Position numbers and translations under genes: made by a program. This document shows positions 13,234-24,565 of a DNA stretch of 64,000 bases, piece by piece (position 1 is the first letter of the stretch; every line of letters starts with the position of its first letter). The DNA is taken from assembly GCA_017654855.1 (NCBI GenBank), contig CM030337.1, positions 3,782,001 to 3,846,000 of the forward strand, in the 5' to 3' direction. The DNA is from Podospora anserina (taxonomy: Eukaryota). The notes beneath the pieces are model-generated. The model had not been told where the DNA came from, ran no database searches, and worked only from the letters and a program-made list of their open reading frames with translations.

Positions 13234-15787
13234 CTTGTTGGTTGCTTGTCGGTGTTGGGGGCTAAGAGTTGGTTATTGGCGTTCCTAGGGTGTTTGAAGT
13301 TGATGTTGGTGTTGATGTGCTGACTCTGGTGTTTTGAAGTGTTTTCTGGCGCGGTAAAGACAAAGTTGACAATTTTGAAAGCGCTTGAGCGTTGCTATAT
13401 GTTGTTTGCAGAGCTGAGTACCTCGATGGCTTGATGTTCCAAATGTTTCGCTCTTCATCGACGAGTTGCCCTCATTATATACACGTTCCATCACCCAGAG
13501 CCTTGCTGTTTGTCATGGTGTCTCGACACCGCTCATCATCGCCATTCTGACCATCGTCGTCCACTATCCCGCCCTACCACCGCAATGCAAACCCTTTTCG
13601 ATTTCCGTGATGTCGGCACCGTCCACGACCGCAGAGCCTCACGCTCCCCGGAGCCCGTTGAAACTTGAACATGTTCGATCGGAAGCACTTGAGTGAACCA
13701 AGCCTCCGGTAGTCAGTATGCCGGAGCATGTCTTGGCGGCTGCGGCTCCTCCTGCGGCTCACATAGTCTGGCCAGTTTGGGAAATTCGGTGAGCCCAAGC
13801 TTCTGGACGTCAGCCAATCACCAGCATCTCGGGCGAAGGCTTCCTGAGCTACTACAGCAAGCCTTTTGCAGTAAAATCCGATTGGACGTTGCGTAACGAC
13901 AATCCACGCTTTGCAATTGCAGCAAACTGTGGGGCCTTGGTGGTTCGCAGATGCCGCGATGCCGGGTCGTGTGGGAAGGGGAGCCAATTGCCGATGGCAA
14001 TGTTACCACATTGATCACAACTCATAAGGCTGTCATATGTAAGGTCTGCTGGCACCCCGGAGGGTCATTGGTGCGTTTTCGAGAACCTGGGCCGATGTTC
14101 GGGACAGTGACGATGTTCAGCAGCAGTTTACGGACGATGCAGTTGCTTGAGCCTCGCCCCGTCCAAGAAGAGCGACCTCAGCTGGCTCTAGTCACGGAGC
14201 CTTGATCAATGTGGGGTGACAGCCGGTGACACTGCAGCAGGCTGGTACCATCTGCTACCAAAACTGGAATGGCTCCTTAGATGCCGGGCAATCATCTCGA
14301 CTTCTCTTGCACCACAAGCAGACAGTTAAACCACGCACCTCATGCGGCCAGTTCTCAGTCTCCGAGACCCAGTTGAGCCGCATCATGCAGACAGATATCT
14401 TGCGCCACTTGATATGTAAACCTGAAATGGTGACGGTGAGGATGGGCACAAGTGCGAGGGAACTGGCCACTATCCCGTCAGGAGGGAAATGCGAGAACCT
14501 TGAAGGTGCCAGCAATGTTCCAACAGACGTCCCAACAGGCTCGTCTCGAAAGCCAAATGGCCCCGTGTGGATTGCGGTTGTGTCACTGCTCCCGCACGGA
14601 GTCTTCTTCTCCACTTGGAGGTTTGATAGACGTCGCCAAACCCACCCGGTGATCCCTCCTGCCTACCAGTCTCATGGTTCCGACTAGGTAGCTACGCTCC
14701 GTAAACTATCTGATGATCGTATCGCGAAGGTCAACAAAAGTTAAATGGTCGATACCTGGTAGTGTAGACCTGTAACGCAGGAACTGACACTATGAAAAAC
14801 ATCTTTTCATACCTTACCCGTCTTCACTTTTCAAGGTACTAACGTGCCCAACTTTGTCAACATTCTCGCAGCCTACGTCATCGGCACTGTGGACCATAAG
14901 CTAATCTGAGCGAAGCCGGCCCTGGGCTCGCCTCGGCTCCGGTCACCTCTTTAACCCACTGCTCGGCTCAGGGCTATTCACTGCTCAGGTCGGCTCGCAA
15001 GATCAATGATCTTATAGAGGTATATCATTACTATCTGCCTAAGCCCCTGAGCCGAGGGGCCTACAGGCATGGTCTGGCACACCCACCTATCCCGACAATA
15101 TCTGGAGCCCATGATGAAAAACATGGGCGGAGAAGAACTATAAATACCGACCCCAACCAACTTTCACTGCTTTTTGTCTCTTCTCTCGATCACCAACACC
15201 ACCAAAACTAGCCTCACTCCACCACCACCACTCCACCACTCCATCACAACCGTCACCTCCATCATCACCCTCACCACCACCGCATCAATTCCACCGCCGC
15301 CGCAGCATCCCGCATATCTCAGGCGCACAATGTCTCCCCGGGGGTGTTTACCGGTGCTATACAGCTGGTAAGTTGTTTTTTCTCATAACTTTGGAGAGGA
15401 CGATCTGACCGCAACCTCGCAGTCTGGAACAGGACAGATCCTGCTGTCATAGAGCTTCCAGGTTTCTTGCACGATAGTTTACGATGTTGCGTATGCTTTT
15501 GGTTTTACCCCGTCATTTTAAAAACCCTTTGTGGTAGGTACCACAACCACAGGCTCTATCCCATTTGTACCACGAACAGACCTAACCTAGCGACAGATTC
15601 ATTAGCGAATTTACACAGACCTCGTTCATGTGGGCATCAGAACAATTGCAGCATGGCACAGCGTGCATGTACGGGAGTACCTTTGAGGGAACAAGGGACT
15701 TTTGGAGGGTAAGGTGTTTTGGAGGCCAAGCTATGGTGTTTTGGGCGCATTGCAATGTCTTGATTATGAATACCAGATATTTGAACG

Positions 15788-17889
15788 TTAGAATTCAGGA
15801 AAACAGGAATTGTTTCTATAAGCCGGCGGTAACAGACCCTCAAGTTCAGCCTTGATTTGCAGAGCCACAGTCTTGGAGTGATACCGATGATGCTGGGTTT
15901 GCCCACCCATGAACCAAAAGTTGTCGATTCCTCTTTGTCGTTTCCACAACCCCCTGATCTCCCCCTCCTCATCGACACCAAACGTGGCGTCAACCGTGTT
16001 CGCGATCTCTCTCGGACCCAGCAAGTTCGAATCCTGTTCCTCCCCATCAGCCGCGTTCTCACCACCCAAAACCTCAAACACTGTATCCCGAGCGTTCAAG
16101 TCGGAAAACCCAGTGCACCAGATAATACTGTCCGCCTCCGCCGTCTTTCCATCAGAGAGCCTCAGCCCAGTCTCCGTGTACGCCACTGGCTCAACACTCG
16201 ATATCACACCCACGTTTCCCTCCGCGATCACCTCCAAGCCACCGATATCAACATAATGTCCCCCGCCTCTCTCCACAAGATTGTGCATCAGACATGCGTC
16301 GGGGTGAGCACTGTCAATGACCGGGAAGCCAGCCTTGGCCACCCTTTTGTATCTGTCCGGCTCTTGAGACGCCAACATGGCAAGCAATCCGTGCGCCATG
16401 TTGCACTCTACCCACGTGGGAAACGACATCAAAGCCCTGTCACATGTTTCTGTGTCTAGCTGGTTGAACAGCCCAAAGCCACGCGGATCCATTACGTACC
16501 CTACCGGGAGGACATATGTCGGGGAGCGGGCAAGGATTGTTGTGTCCAGGCCGGCGGTCTGGCAGTCATTGAGGATGTCGATGGCCGTGTTGGCTGAACC
16601 AATGATGAGGACAGACTTGGCGCCCTTGTTTTGAAGAGAGACCTCTGGGTTCTTGTACTCGTTGGAGTGCAGGCTGATGCCCTTGTATATTTCCTTGCCT
16701 GCAATATCAGGGAGTCGAGGCTTTTGCGAGGCGAGTCCCGTTGCTTGCACAAGGTGTTTTGACCTCACTGTTCGTAGACCGCTTGGGGTCTTCAACTTCA
16801 CGGTCCATCGTCTCGTTGCCTGGTCGTATTGTGTGGACTGGATCTGGGACGAGGTGATCATGTTCAAGTTGAACTCTTTGACATACTGACGAACTTGGTT
16901 TGCGAGCTCGTCTCGCGTTAGTAGATGTGAACCTTTGAGGTCTTCGCCGTACGCTATAGAGAAGTCAGAAAGTGGGAGAAAGAGGATGAGAAAGGCGTTG
17001 AACCTACGCAGATAAGGCATGTCACACATTGCAGTCGGCACGTGGAACTTCAAGCTATCGTAGCGGAGAGCCCAGTTGTCGCCTGAGTTGGCGTTCCGGT
17101 CGGCCATCACGCTTTCAACCCCAAGAGCCTTGAGGCGAGAGGCGAGGGTTACAGCACTATTATCGAGTAGGTACTCAAGTCAGTCTTTAGATGCTCATGT
17201 GAAAAAGACAAGCAAACGGCATACCCATTTCCACCCCCAATAATAAAGACGTCTGTCTTCATATCATCGCCACCATCTGCTAACGTCGAAGGGGTACGCA
17301 GAAGAGTCTCATCTTCTGGGTGCGCATCCAAACTCTCGAGTCTTGTACTCAGAACCCAGATCTTCCATTCCAGACCCCCGCTGCCTTCGACAGGCAGCAG
17401 TAACATGCGTCCAGTACATGTTGCAGCGGGAGAGGTTGTCTTGAGCGACAGACTGCAGTCGAAGAATTGCTGCATCAGGTTCATAGTGTTAGATGAAACT
17501 CAAAGGCGAAACATAGTAGACTAGGTACTTACCAGGGTTGGAGAGACAGGCAGGAAATGGACGAACTCAAGACCGAAACCATGAGCACCGCGCAACTTGG
17601 TGGTTTCCAGCAGATGTGCTGCTATCACTGCCGGTGTTGAGAAGGTTCGCAGATGGTAAGTCAGCGCCAATGAATCCTTCCATAAGGCCTGCTCAGCAAA
17701 TAAGCAGTTGCTAAGAGCAGTTATGTCTCTGGTTGAGATTGCCTTGTTGAAGGCTGTTAAGACATTGTTTGCGATCTTTGCTGTCTCTTCTGGCGTAAGG
17801 GATGCGGGGTCGAGAGCCGTCACAGCAACAGTTGGTAGCGGATGTTCGGCCAGTTTTTGACGCAAGTCAGCGGCAGGTGGATAGGCCAT
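15788..17889 (-). CDS. Flavin-containing monooxygenase (class B, with N-terminal SnoaL-like extension)
   Basis: FAD motif DVFIIGGGN, GDNWALRY, ATG motif (VQATG), FMO-like YKGISLHSNEYK, NADPH motif VLIIGSANTA, WCTGF. Three introns link ORFs 17521-17889, 17149-17484 and 15788-17110. Confidence 0.9.
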
Positions 17890-18821
17890 TTTGGATAAGG
17901 TACTATAGATATCAAGCTATTAGCGAATTCTCCTGGGAAATAGATCTTGGAGACTTACCAGGTCTCACAATGTGGAACGTTGTGTTGGGGAATCAAAGCA
18001 GCTACACTTGGAAAGTATTGTACCAAGTGCTACAGATAGGTACACGTGCTTTTATACACAATGAGAAGAGCCATGCCTCGGATGTTTGCAATTACGATCA
18101 GCAATACGGTCCGAGAGCGAATAGGGATGTTCTACATTTGACTCGGTGTGTGTGCTTTTCTGCCCCATGTGGCTGCAGAGTGACTAGTCAAACTTGGACG
18201 TCTTTGCGGGGTATGCTCGGCACTTTCTCTGGGCTTACCATCCATGAATACCTGCATGAATGGGAGCGAATAAGCCAGGCGATAACACAGGGGGGGTTGG
18301 ATCGTCAATAGAGAAACGCTATATATAAAGTAACTGACTCTGAAAAGGTAAGGTAGTGAACCATGCGATGAGAAATAGTTCATAGGCCTGAAAAGATAAC
18401 TATCAGAAGGCTTATTCTCCTTTTGAAAAGGCACGAGTAAAAAGTCATTATATGTGCTACTACTCTGACTTACAATAGCAACCATGCTATCCAGAATGTA
18501 AGAGTTCAACGACAATGAAACGTGCAACAAATGATGGACAAGATAATTGGATCCAATTCAATTCGCTAACTCAAGGTAGAAAACTTGCTGAAGAGCAGTC
18601 GTGTCATCACTACAACACTATGTATAAAAGAGCAAAACAAGATTCATCATCCTTCATCACACGTTCCTCATATCCACGGTGCCGGCACCTCCTTTCACGA
18701 CATTCCTTCCATCCCTAACCCTTGACTCTGAACAGGACAAGACCCCTGCCGTTGGGCCCCTGAACCCCTGAACCCCTGAATCCACCTCAACAAAGCAACC
18801 ACACCACCGGAGTTCAAGTCC

Positions 18822-19598
18822 TTAAAAGACAGCAATAACCCCCAAAACACCAGCAACACCCATCGCAACACCACCAAATCCATTCTCCTTAGCACCAGCG
18901 TTGGCAAGCACAGGCGTGAAGGTCGGGCGAATGGAAGAAGTAGCAGTAGGAGCCTCATCATCGCTCTCATCATCAGTGTCGATGCCGTCGTTGTCAGTAT
19001 CGGTGTCCTCGCCCTCAGTGGTGGTAGTGGTAGCTGGGCTAGTAGTAGCAGCTATAGGGCCGGCGGCAGTAACAGCGACAGGGCCGGTGGTGGTAGCAGC
19101 ACTGACATCGTCGTCATCGGTGTCAGTGTCATGGCCATCGTTGTCAGTGTCGGTGTCGTGGCCGTCATTGTCAGTCTCGTCGCCGGGGACAACGCCAGGG
19201 CCGGCACCGAGATTGGCCTCGTCGTCAGTATCAGTGTCGTGGTCGTCGTGGTCGGTGTCATCCCCCTCGTCGCCAACAACTCCAGTAATAGGGGTAGGGA
19301 CATCATCGTCCGTGTCATGGCCGTCATTGTCGGTCCAGTCAGTGTCATCGTCGATCACAGCAGGAACTCCGACAGTGGGCTGCCCGGCGCTGATGTCATC
19401 GTCAGTGTCGGTGTCGTCCCCGGTGTCGGTGCCGACAACGCCAGTGGAGACATCACCGTCGGTGTCGGTGTCATCGCCATCTCTGGTGGTGAGGGTGTAC
19501 CGAGCAGCGACGGGTTCACCGGGGTTGAGAGGTCCATGCGGATGAGCAAGGACGGAGACGGAGAAAAGAGCCGCGAGGAGGAAGTTGCGAGTAAGCAT
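18822..19598 (-). CDS. Secreted, probably GPI-anchored Asp/Thr-rich repeat cell-surface protein
   Basis: ATG 19598 and signal MLTRNFLLAALFSVSVLA. Repeats TDNDGHDTD. C-terminal omega-like NAG plus hydrophobic tail GVAMGVAGVLGVIAVF. Confidence 0.85.
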   Translation of the reverse strand: MLTRNFLLAALFSVSVLAHPHGPLNPGEPVAARYTLTTRDGDDTDTDGDVSTGVVGTDTGDDTDTDDDISAGQPTVGVPAVIDDDTDWTDNDGHDTDDDVPTPITGVVGDEGDDTDHDDHDTDTDDEANLGAGPGVVPGDETDNDGHDTDTDNDGHDTDTDDDDVSAATTTGPVAVTAAGPIAATTSPATTTTTEGEDTDTDNDGIDTDDESDDEAPTATSSIRPTFTPVLANAGAKENGFGGVAMGVAGVLGVIAVF

Positions 19599-21729
19599 TT
19601 TGGCGGTTTTTTGGAGCAGTGAAGTGCGAGTGTTTTTGTAATTGGTTGATGTGAAAGTTGGGAGCTCTGAGTAGAACGAGAATTGCTTGTTTGTGTTTGG
19701 AGCGACTGTGTCTAAACGAGTGAGTCGATCGATGGTGAGCAAGAAGAATTGGAGCTTCAAGTTGATGGGATGCTCGTCTTAAATACGGTCTTTCTCATCC
19801 AAGATCAGCAGATATTCTCGTCTTCACTATCTCGTGAGGTCTCTGAACTGGAGCCAAGATCATGGCTATGCCTTCTGATGGCCTGGCTAAACCAAACAGC
19901 CAACATCCCAGTACCCTGTTGACATGACTATCCAACTACACTAACTACTTCGACAGCCACTCTTGGTTTGTGTCCGCCATCAACGCCTCATCACCGACCC
20001 CACCGACCATAGTGAAGCATAACATCTCAGAACATCACGACGAATACAGCTAATGGTCGCGCGACCTTAGCCTCAAAATGACAACGCAAGCAATCAACGC
20101 AACCCAACGAGATCTGAAACGATAAATAGATCGAAAAACGCCCTGTCCCGCATCGACACGAGACTTCCAAGAGTCTTGGGAATGCAGTACAAAAATAGAG
20201 CTCAACCGGGAAGCCAGGTTCTTTTCTCAGGACGGAGTATCAGTCTCACAATGACCAATCCTGTTGGGATGTTTGCACACGTGCCTTGCTCCCAGCAGGC
20301 AAAGGTGTACGTATCCCGAGGAAAATAGTTCTTCAGCTCGCACTTGGCCCTCTTCACGTTCTCGCGCCTTGAACCTTTTTAGTCTCGGGACCATTACGTG
20401 GCGCTGGGGATCCAAAGCTCTGGGCGGGTGGGCTGGCTGGTCTCGGCAGTGGACCTGCGAGGTTTAAGTGTCGCCCGCCATCCCGTCAGGTCTTCCGGTT
20501 TGGAAAGTTTGCTGCAGATGTGGAATTTTGGCATTGATAGGGAAGATAATGGGTCCTGAGTCTTGATAGGGGTCTGGGCGGTTTTGCACAGCCTCAATTT
20601 TTGGGGTCGACATCGATGACGACGACTGGAGACAAACAAGCACACCGACACTGGAGAAATAAAGCTTGGGATTTCTAAATATGATCTACCAAGCTTTTTT
20701 TGACAGCTTCGTTATCGTAATTGCCGGTTGATCGTTCGTGGGTGGCCAGAGGACAACGGGCAAAGCCAAGATGCCAATGCGATGGGGCTTGGCTGCTTGG
20801 TCTGGTTGTTCAGCTCAACAGTCGAGATGGATCGTCGCCTGGATTCAGGCATATCAAGTGATTTAATGTTGCCAGTGCTGTCAGAAAATGCATGACCTGG
20901 ACGGGAGATAAACCTGAAGCTGAGAGAGTCTCCAAGCCGAGCAAGTCGTCCTGGTTGGGCTGTCCAAAGCAGGTACATACCTAGTTGTCAGGTCGTCAGA
21001 GGCGAGGCTCTGGTCTGATATAAAGGGCCAATTACATTCCGACTACTGTATGCCCTTTCAGTATCTCCAAGTGGCTGGCCATCCACTCAAGATTCCGTGC
21101 CAACCGTCCCCTAGGGCAATACCGGTGGCGTGAGCAAGTGCACACATAACGATATACTAGAGCCATCCTCCAAGTTCCAGACTCCAGACTCCTGGTGCCA
21201 TCCATCCCTGGGTATCTTTCTCCTTTATCCTTCCCAAATATTGGAATGAGATCAACCTCATGAACACGGACACTTTTCAGTGCGAAATGAGGATGAAAAC
21301 ATGAATGTCGTGCCGCGTACGTAAGCTGTGCCTCTTCCATCCTCCACACCTGTTGTTGTGTCAATACATGTCCTGAGTATTCATGTCGGCATCACCATGG
21401 GTATCAGTTAGCCTTTGTGAAAACATACCCAGACAACAGTTCAGCCCAGATGGGGCAAAAGCAAGGCCACCTAGGCCATAGTGGACATGTTCTTGGTGAA
21501 AATGGCACCCACGAAAGCGGCAAACAACATCATAACAACCATAATGAGAACTGCGATGACAAAGAGGCCCAACATTGCGCATTGGGGGTCCAGCCGAATT
21601 TCTCGCTGGGGAAGCTCTTGCTGTCTATTTTCTGGCGCCGGATTTGGGCCCTGGTGTGCGTCCTGTTGCGTTGTGCCGCGTTGCTGTCTGTGAACGGCCA
21701 CAGAAAGGTCACTGTGGCGCCTCCTGAGC

Positions 21730-22068
21730 TCATTGTGGTTCCTCACAAGCTCCGCATAAACTGCGGGAGATTGCCGAGTAGGCGTGTTTCTTGATCTTGT
21801 AATCTAGGTGACAGTCATCGCACTGCTCATCGCTAATGACAAACCAGTCCGCAACCTCGTAGACCTCTTCATTGGGCCTGGGTCTCTCATTTTCCACAGA
21901 ACAAAATATCCCCCCTCCATTTTCCTTTGCGGCAGGGCAGAGATACTTCATCTTGGGGTAGGGATGATGGCATTTCGCTCTAGTAAAGAACCAGAATCCA
22001 CAGCCACAGGCAGGATTGATGACATTTGGCGGGTTGGATTTTGCGATGAGCTCAATCTTTGGGTCCAT
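21730..22068 (-). CDS. Small Cys/His-rich hypothetical protein, possibly the 5' part of a frameshifted gene extending to 21471
   Basis: 112-aa ATG ORF with CGC, CHH, CDDC and CGAC motifs. An overlapping downstream frame encodes a coil plus a TM segment. Confidence 0.35.
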   Translation of the reverse strand: MDPKIELIAKSNPPNVINPACGCGFWFFTRAKCHHPYPKMKYLCPAAKENGGGIFCSVENERPRPNEEVYEVADWFVISDEQCDDCHLDYKIKKHAYSAISRSLCGACEEPQ

Positions 22069-23219
22069 ATTTTTCGGTTTAATCCAGCTATCTTGCTCGA
22101 GGAATGACTCGTCAGTGTCTTCATCCTCGTCAAAGTCCTCCTGATACAGCGAGAAGGAAGCATAGGGACTGTTGTATGGTTCAGGGTGTGTTGTGCGACG
22201 AAGGGCAACCCAAGAACTGTTGTCCTCGCAAGGAAGCTGTTGGCTGATGCTTGAATGCCGTCCGTGTGAAATTTGGAGATTCAGGTGAATTTGTCGTGAG
22301 TAGACGAGGCGGCGGGCGTCAATGGCATTTTAAGATGAAGTGTAGATCCAGTACCAGTAGGTACCGATGTTTGAAGGAAGAAATGTTCGCGAGGGGGAAG
22401 AGAAAGAAGCACTGAATACCTCAAAGTACCTATGATATGGGCCCACGGCTGGATATAGGCGTAGGTCACAGGTAAAAGATTGAATTGTCGGATGAAGAAG
22501 AAAAGAAAAGAAAGAGGAAATACACTATTCATGATATCCTCTTGTACCCATCAACCCCTCCGGACTTCCCCTACAAAGCATAAGAAATATCCACCAAAAT
22601 TGTCCGAACTTTCTCGTATCCTTTCGTCGTATTCCAGTGTGGATGGCGTCTTTGATTAAGGTTGGATGCCTATTCCAGTTCTAATACGCGCCAAATCGGG
22701 ACTTTCCTTCTTTTCCTGCCCTTTGAAAACTCCACTTGCACCACACACAGTGTCAGTCCATTGTAGCATGGCTGAACACAGTATCTGTTCCATGATACGA
22801 GCCGACTGAGATGCCCATGATAGCGCAGCCGTCTTCTGAGACTAAGATGGCATTCTCCAAATGAAAGCAAAGGCTTTTCAACACCGCAAAAGGATCAACT
22901 ATCAACTGCAAAGTATTTTGAAGACTTGCTGGTCAACTGCGCTTGTTTGATACGGGACCCATCAGTAGCAGGAAGAAGGGGTAGCTCGCTGGAACTGAAC
23001 ATGTCACAAATAGTTGCTTTATAGACTACATTTCAGCTTTAAGAGCGTCGACGTCACTTGACCATCATTCTCACCCTCCAGCTCTATCTCACGCCCACTA
23101 TACACACTAATCGGTTCATGCTGCTGCTATCTTCAGACTGCCAAAGCCACAACCGTGTCCGGACAAGTGAGGTTCCCAAGATCGTAATTCCGCGTGACTC
23201 TCTCAAACGGCGACCCGAC

Positions 23220-24080
23220 CTACAACTTGCTATCCACCCACCTCGGCTTCCTCTTCTCAACAAAACTCCTCACCCCCTCCTTCATATTCTCCCCAGCATC
23301 AATCCTCCCATAAATCCCCCGTTCCACAATCTCCGTCGCCATCTCCGGCCCGACCCCCTCCCACCCCATCCTCAACCCCTCCCTCGTAGCAATAACAGCA
23401 TCAGGACTATTCCCCGCAAGCTCCTCCGCAACCTTAACCGCCTCCTCAACAACCCTCCCCTCCCCAACAACAAAATTCACCAACCCCCACCCCTTCATCT
23501 CCTCGGCCGTATAACTCACCCTCCCCAAAAGCGCCATCTCCCCCGCCCTCTGTCTCCCCACAGTCCTCATCAACCTAGGCAACGCCCCAGCAAGCGCAAT
23601 AACTCCCTTGCCCACCTCCGGCAGCCCAAACCTCGCCTTCGCCCCATCAGCAACAACCATATCACAATTAATCACCATCTCCATCCCCCCTCCAAAACAA
23701 AGCCCATTCACCGCCGCAATAATAGGTTTCTTCCCCCCAGACCTGTTCGACAACCCCCCAAAACCAGCCGTAGTCATCTTCCGTGCCTCCACATGCTGAT
23801 CGTGACCGCTCCCCTCCGGTGCATGAGACGAATCCCATTCTTTGAGATCGGCACCGGCGCAAAACGCCCTGCCTGTACCGGTCAAGATGGCGCAGCGCAG
23901 CCAGGGTTGGGCGTCGTACCAGTTCCAAAGGTGGGCCATGGCGATGTGCTGGGGGATGGGGATCGAGTTTAGGGCTTTGGGGCGGTTGAGCGTCACCAGC
24001 AAGACATGGGGCGCGGGGAAGGAGATGTCGGTGTGGGGGACGGCGGGAGGGGTGTTGGTGATTTCTTTGGGGAGCGTCAT
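23220..24080 (-). CDS. Enoyl-CoA hydratase/isomerase (crotonase superfamily)
   Basis: TLNRPKALN, AFCAGADLKE, KPIIAAVNGLCFGGGMEM, FGLPE. C-terminal SKL is a PTS1 peroxisomal signal. Confidence 0.95.
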   Translation of the reverse strand: MTLPKEITNTPPAVPHTDISFPAPHVLLVTLNRPKALNSIPIPQHIAMAHLWNWYDAQPWLRCAILTGTGRAFCAGADLKEWDSSHAPEGSGHDQHVEARKMTTAGFGGLSNRSGGKKPIIAAVNGLCFGGGMEMVINCDMVVADGAKARFGLPEVGKGVIALAGALPRLMRTVGRQRAGEMALLGRVSYTAEEMKGWGLVNFVVGEGRVVEEAVKVAEELAGNSPDAVIATREGLRMGWEGVGPEMATEIVERGIYGRIDAGENMKEGVRSFVEKRKPRWVDSKL

Positions 24081-24565
24081 CGTGGTGTTGTTCGTGATGG
24101 TGATGATAACAACGGTAAAGGAAAAGGTAGGTAAGTTTGACGGTTGACAACAGTTGTACCTACATTTGAACTAAGAAGATGACTATGCTCTGATATAAGT
24201 CCACCACCCCTCACTAACCCTGGTCGGCAACGGCGTCATTCTGTTGGGGTTGGCCGTGGAGGACGCGGTCCCGCGGCGCGGATTGGGTGGCAACGGCATC
24301 CGTGCCGAGGCTCACTCGGGTCTCCAACTCCGGCAGGCAAGCAATGCTTGTTCTCGACTCCAACTCCAAATATCAACGTGTCCGTAGAAGAAAACTAACA
24401 ACATATTACAAGTTTCCTACGCTTGTGAATCTAACCAGCAACTCCTTCACCCTGAAAACCGTGACCCCCAGCTACAGCTGCTCCAGTGTGCTTTTCGGTA
24501 ATAAATGTACAGCAATGAATAAATCCCACCCGTTTGTCCCAACATCCCAACAATGTTACGCCAGA

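Noticed and set aside
18280-18528. AT-rich stretch ending TGCAACA, possible solo LTR
   Set aside because: No matching second terminus or target-site duplication could be identified.
23058-23972. 304-aa plus-strand ORF
   Set aside because: Antisense shadow of the enoyl-CoA hydratase with Pro/Leu/His-biased composition.
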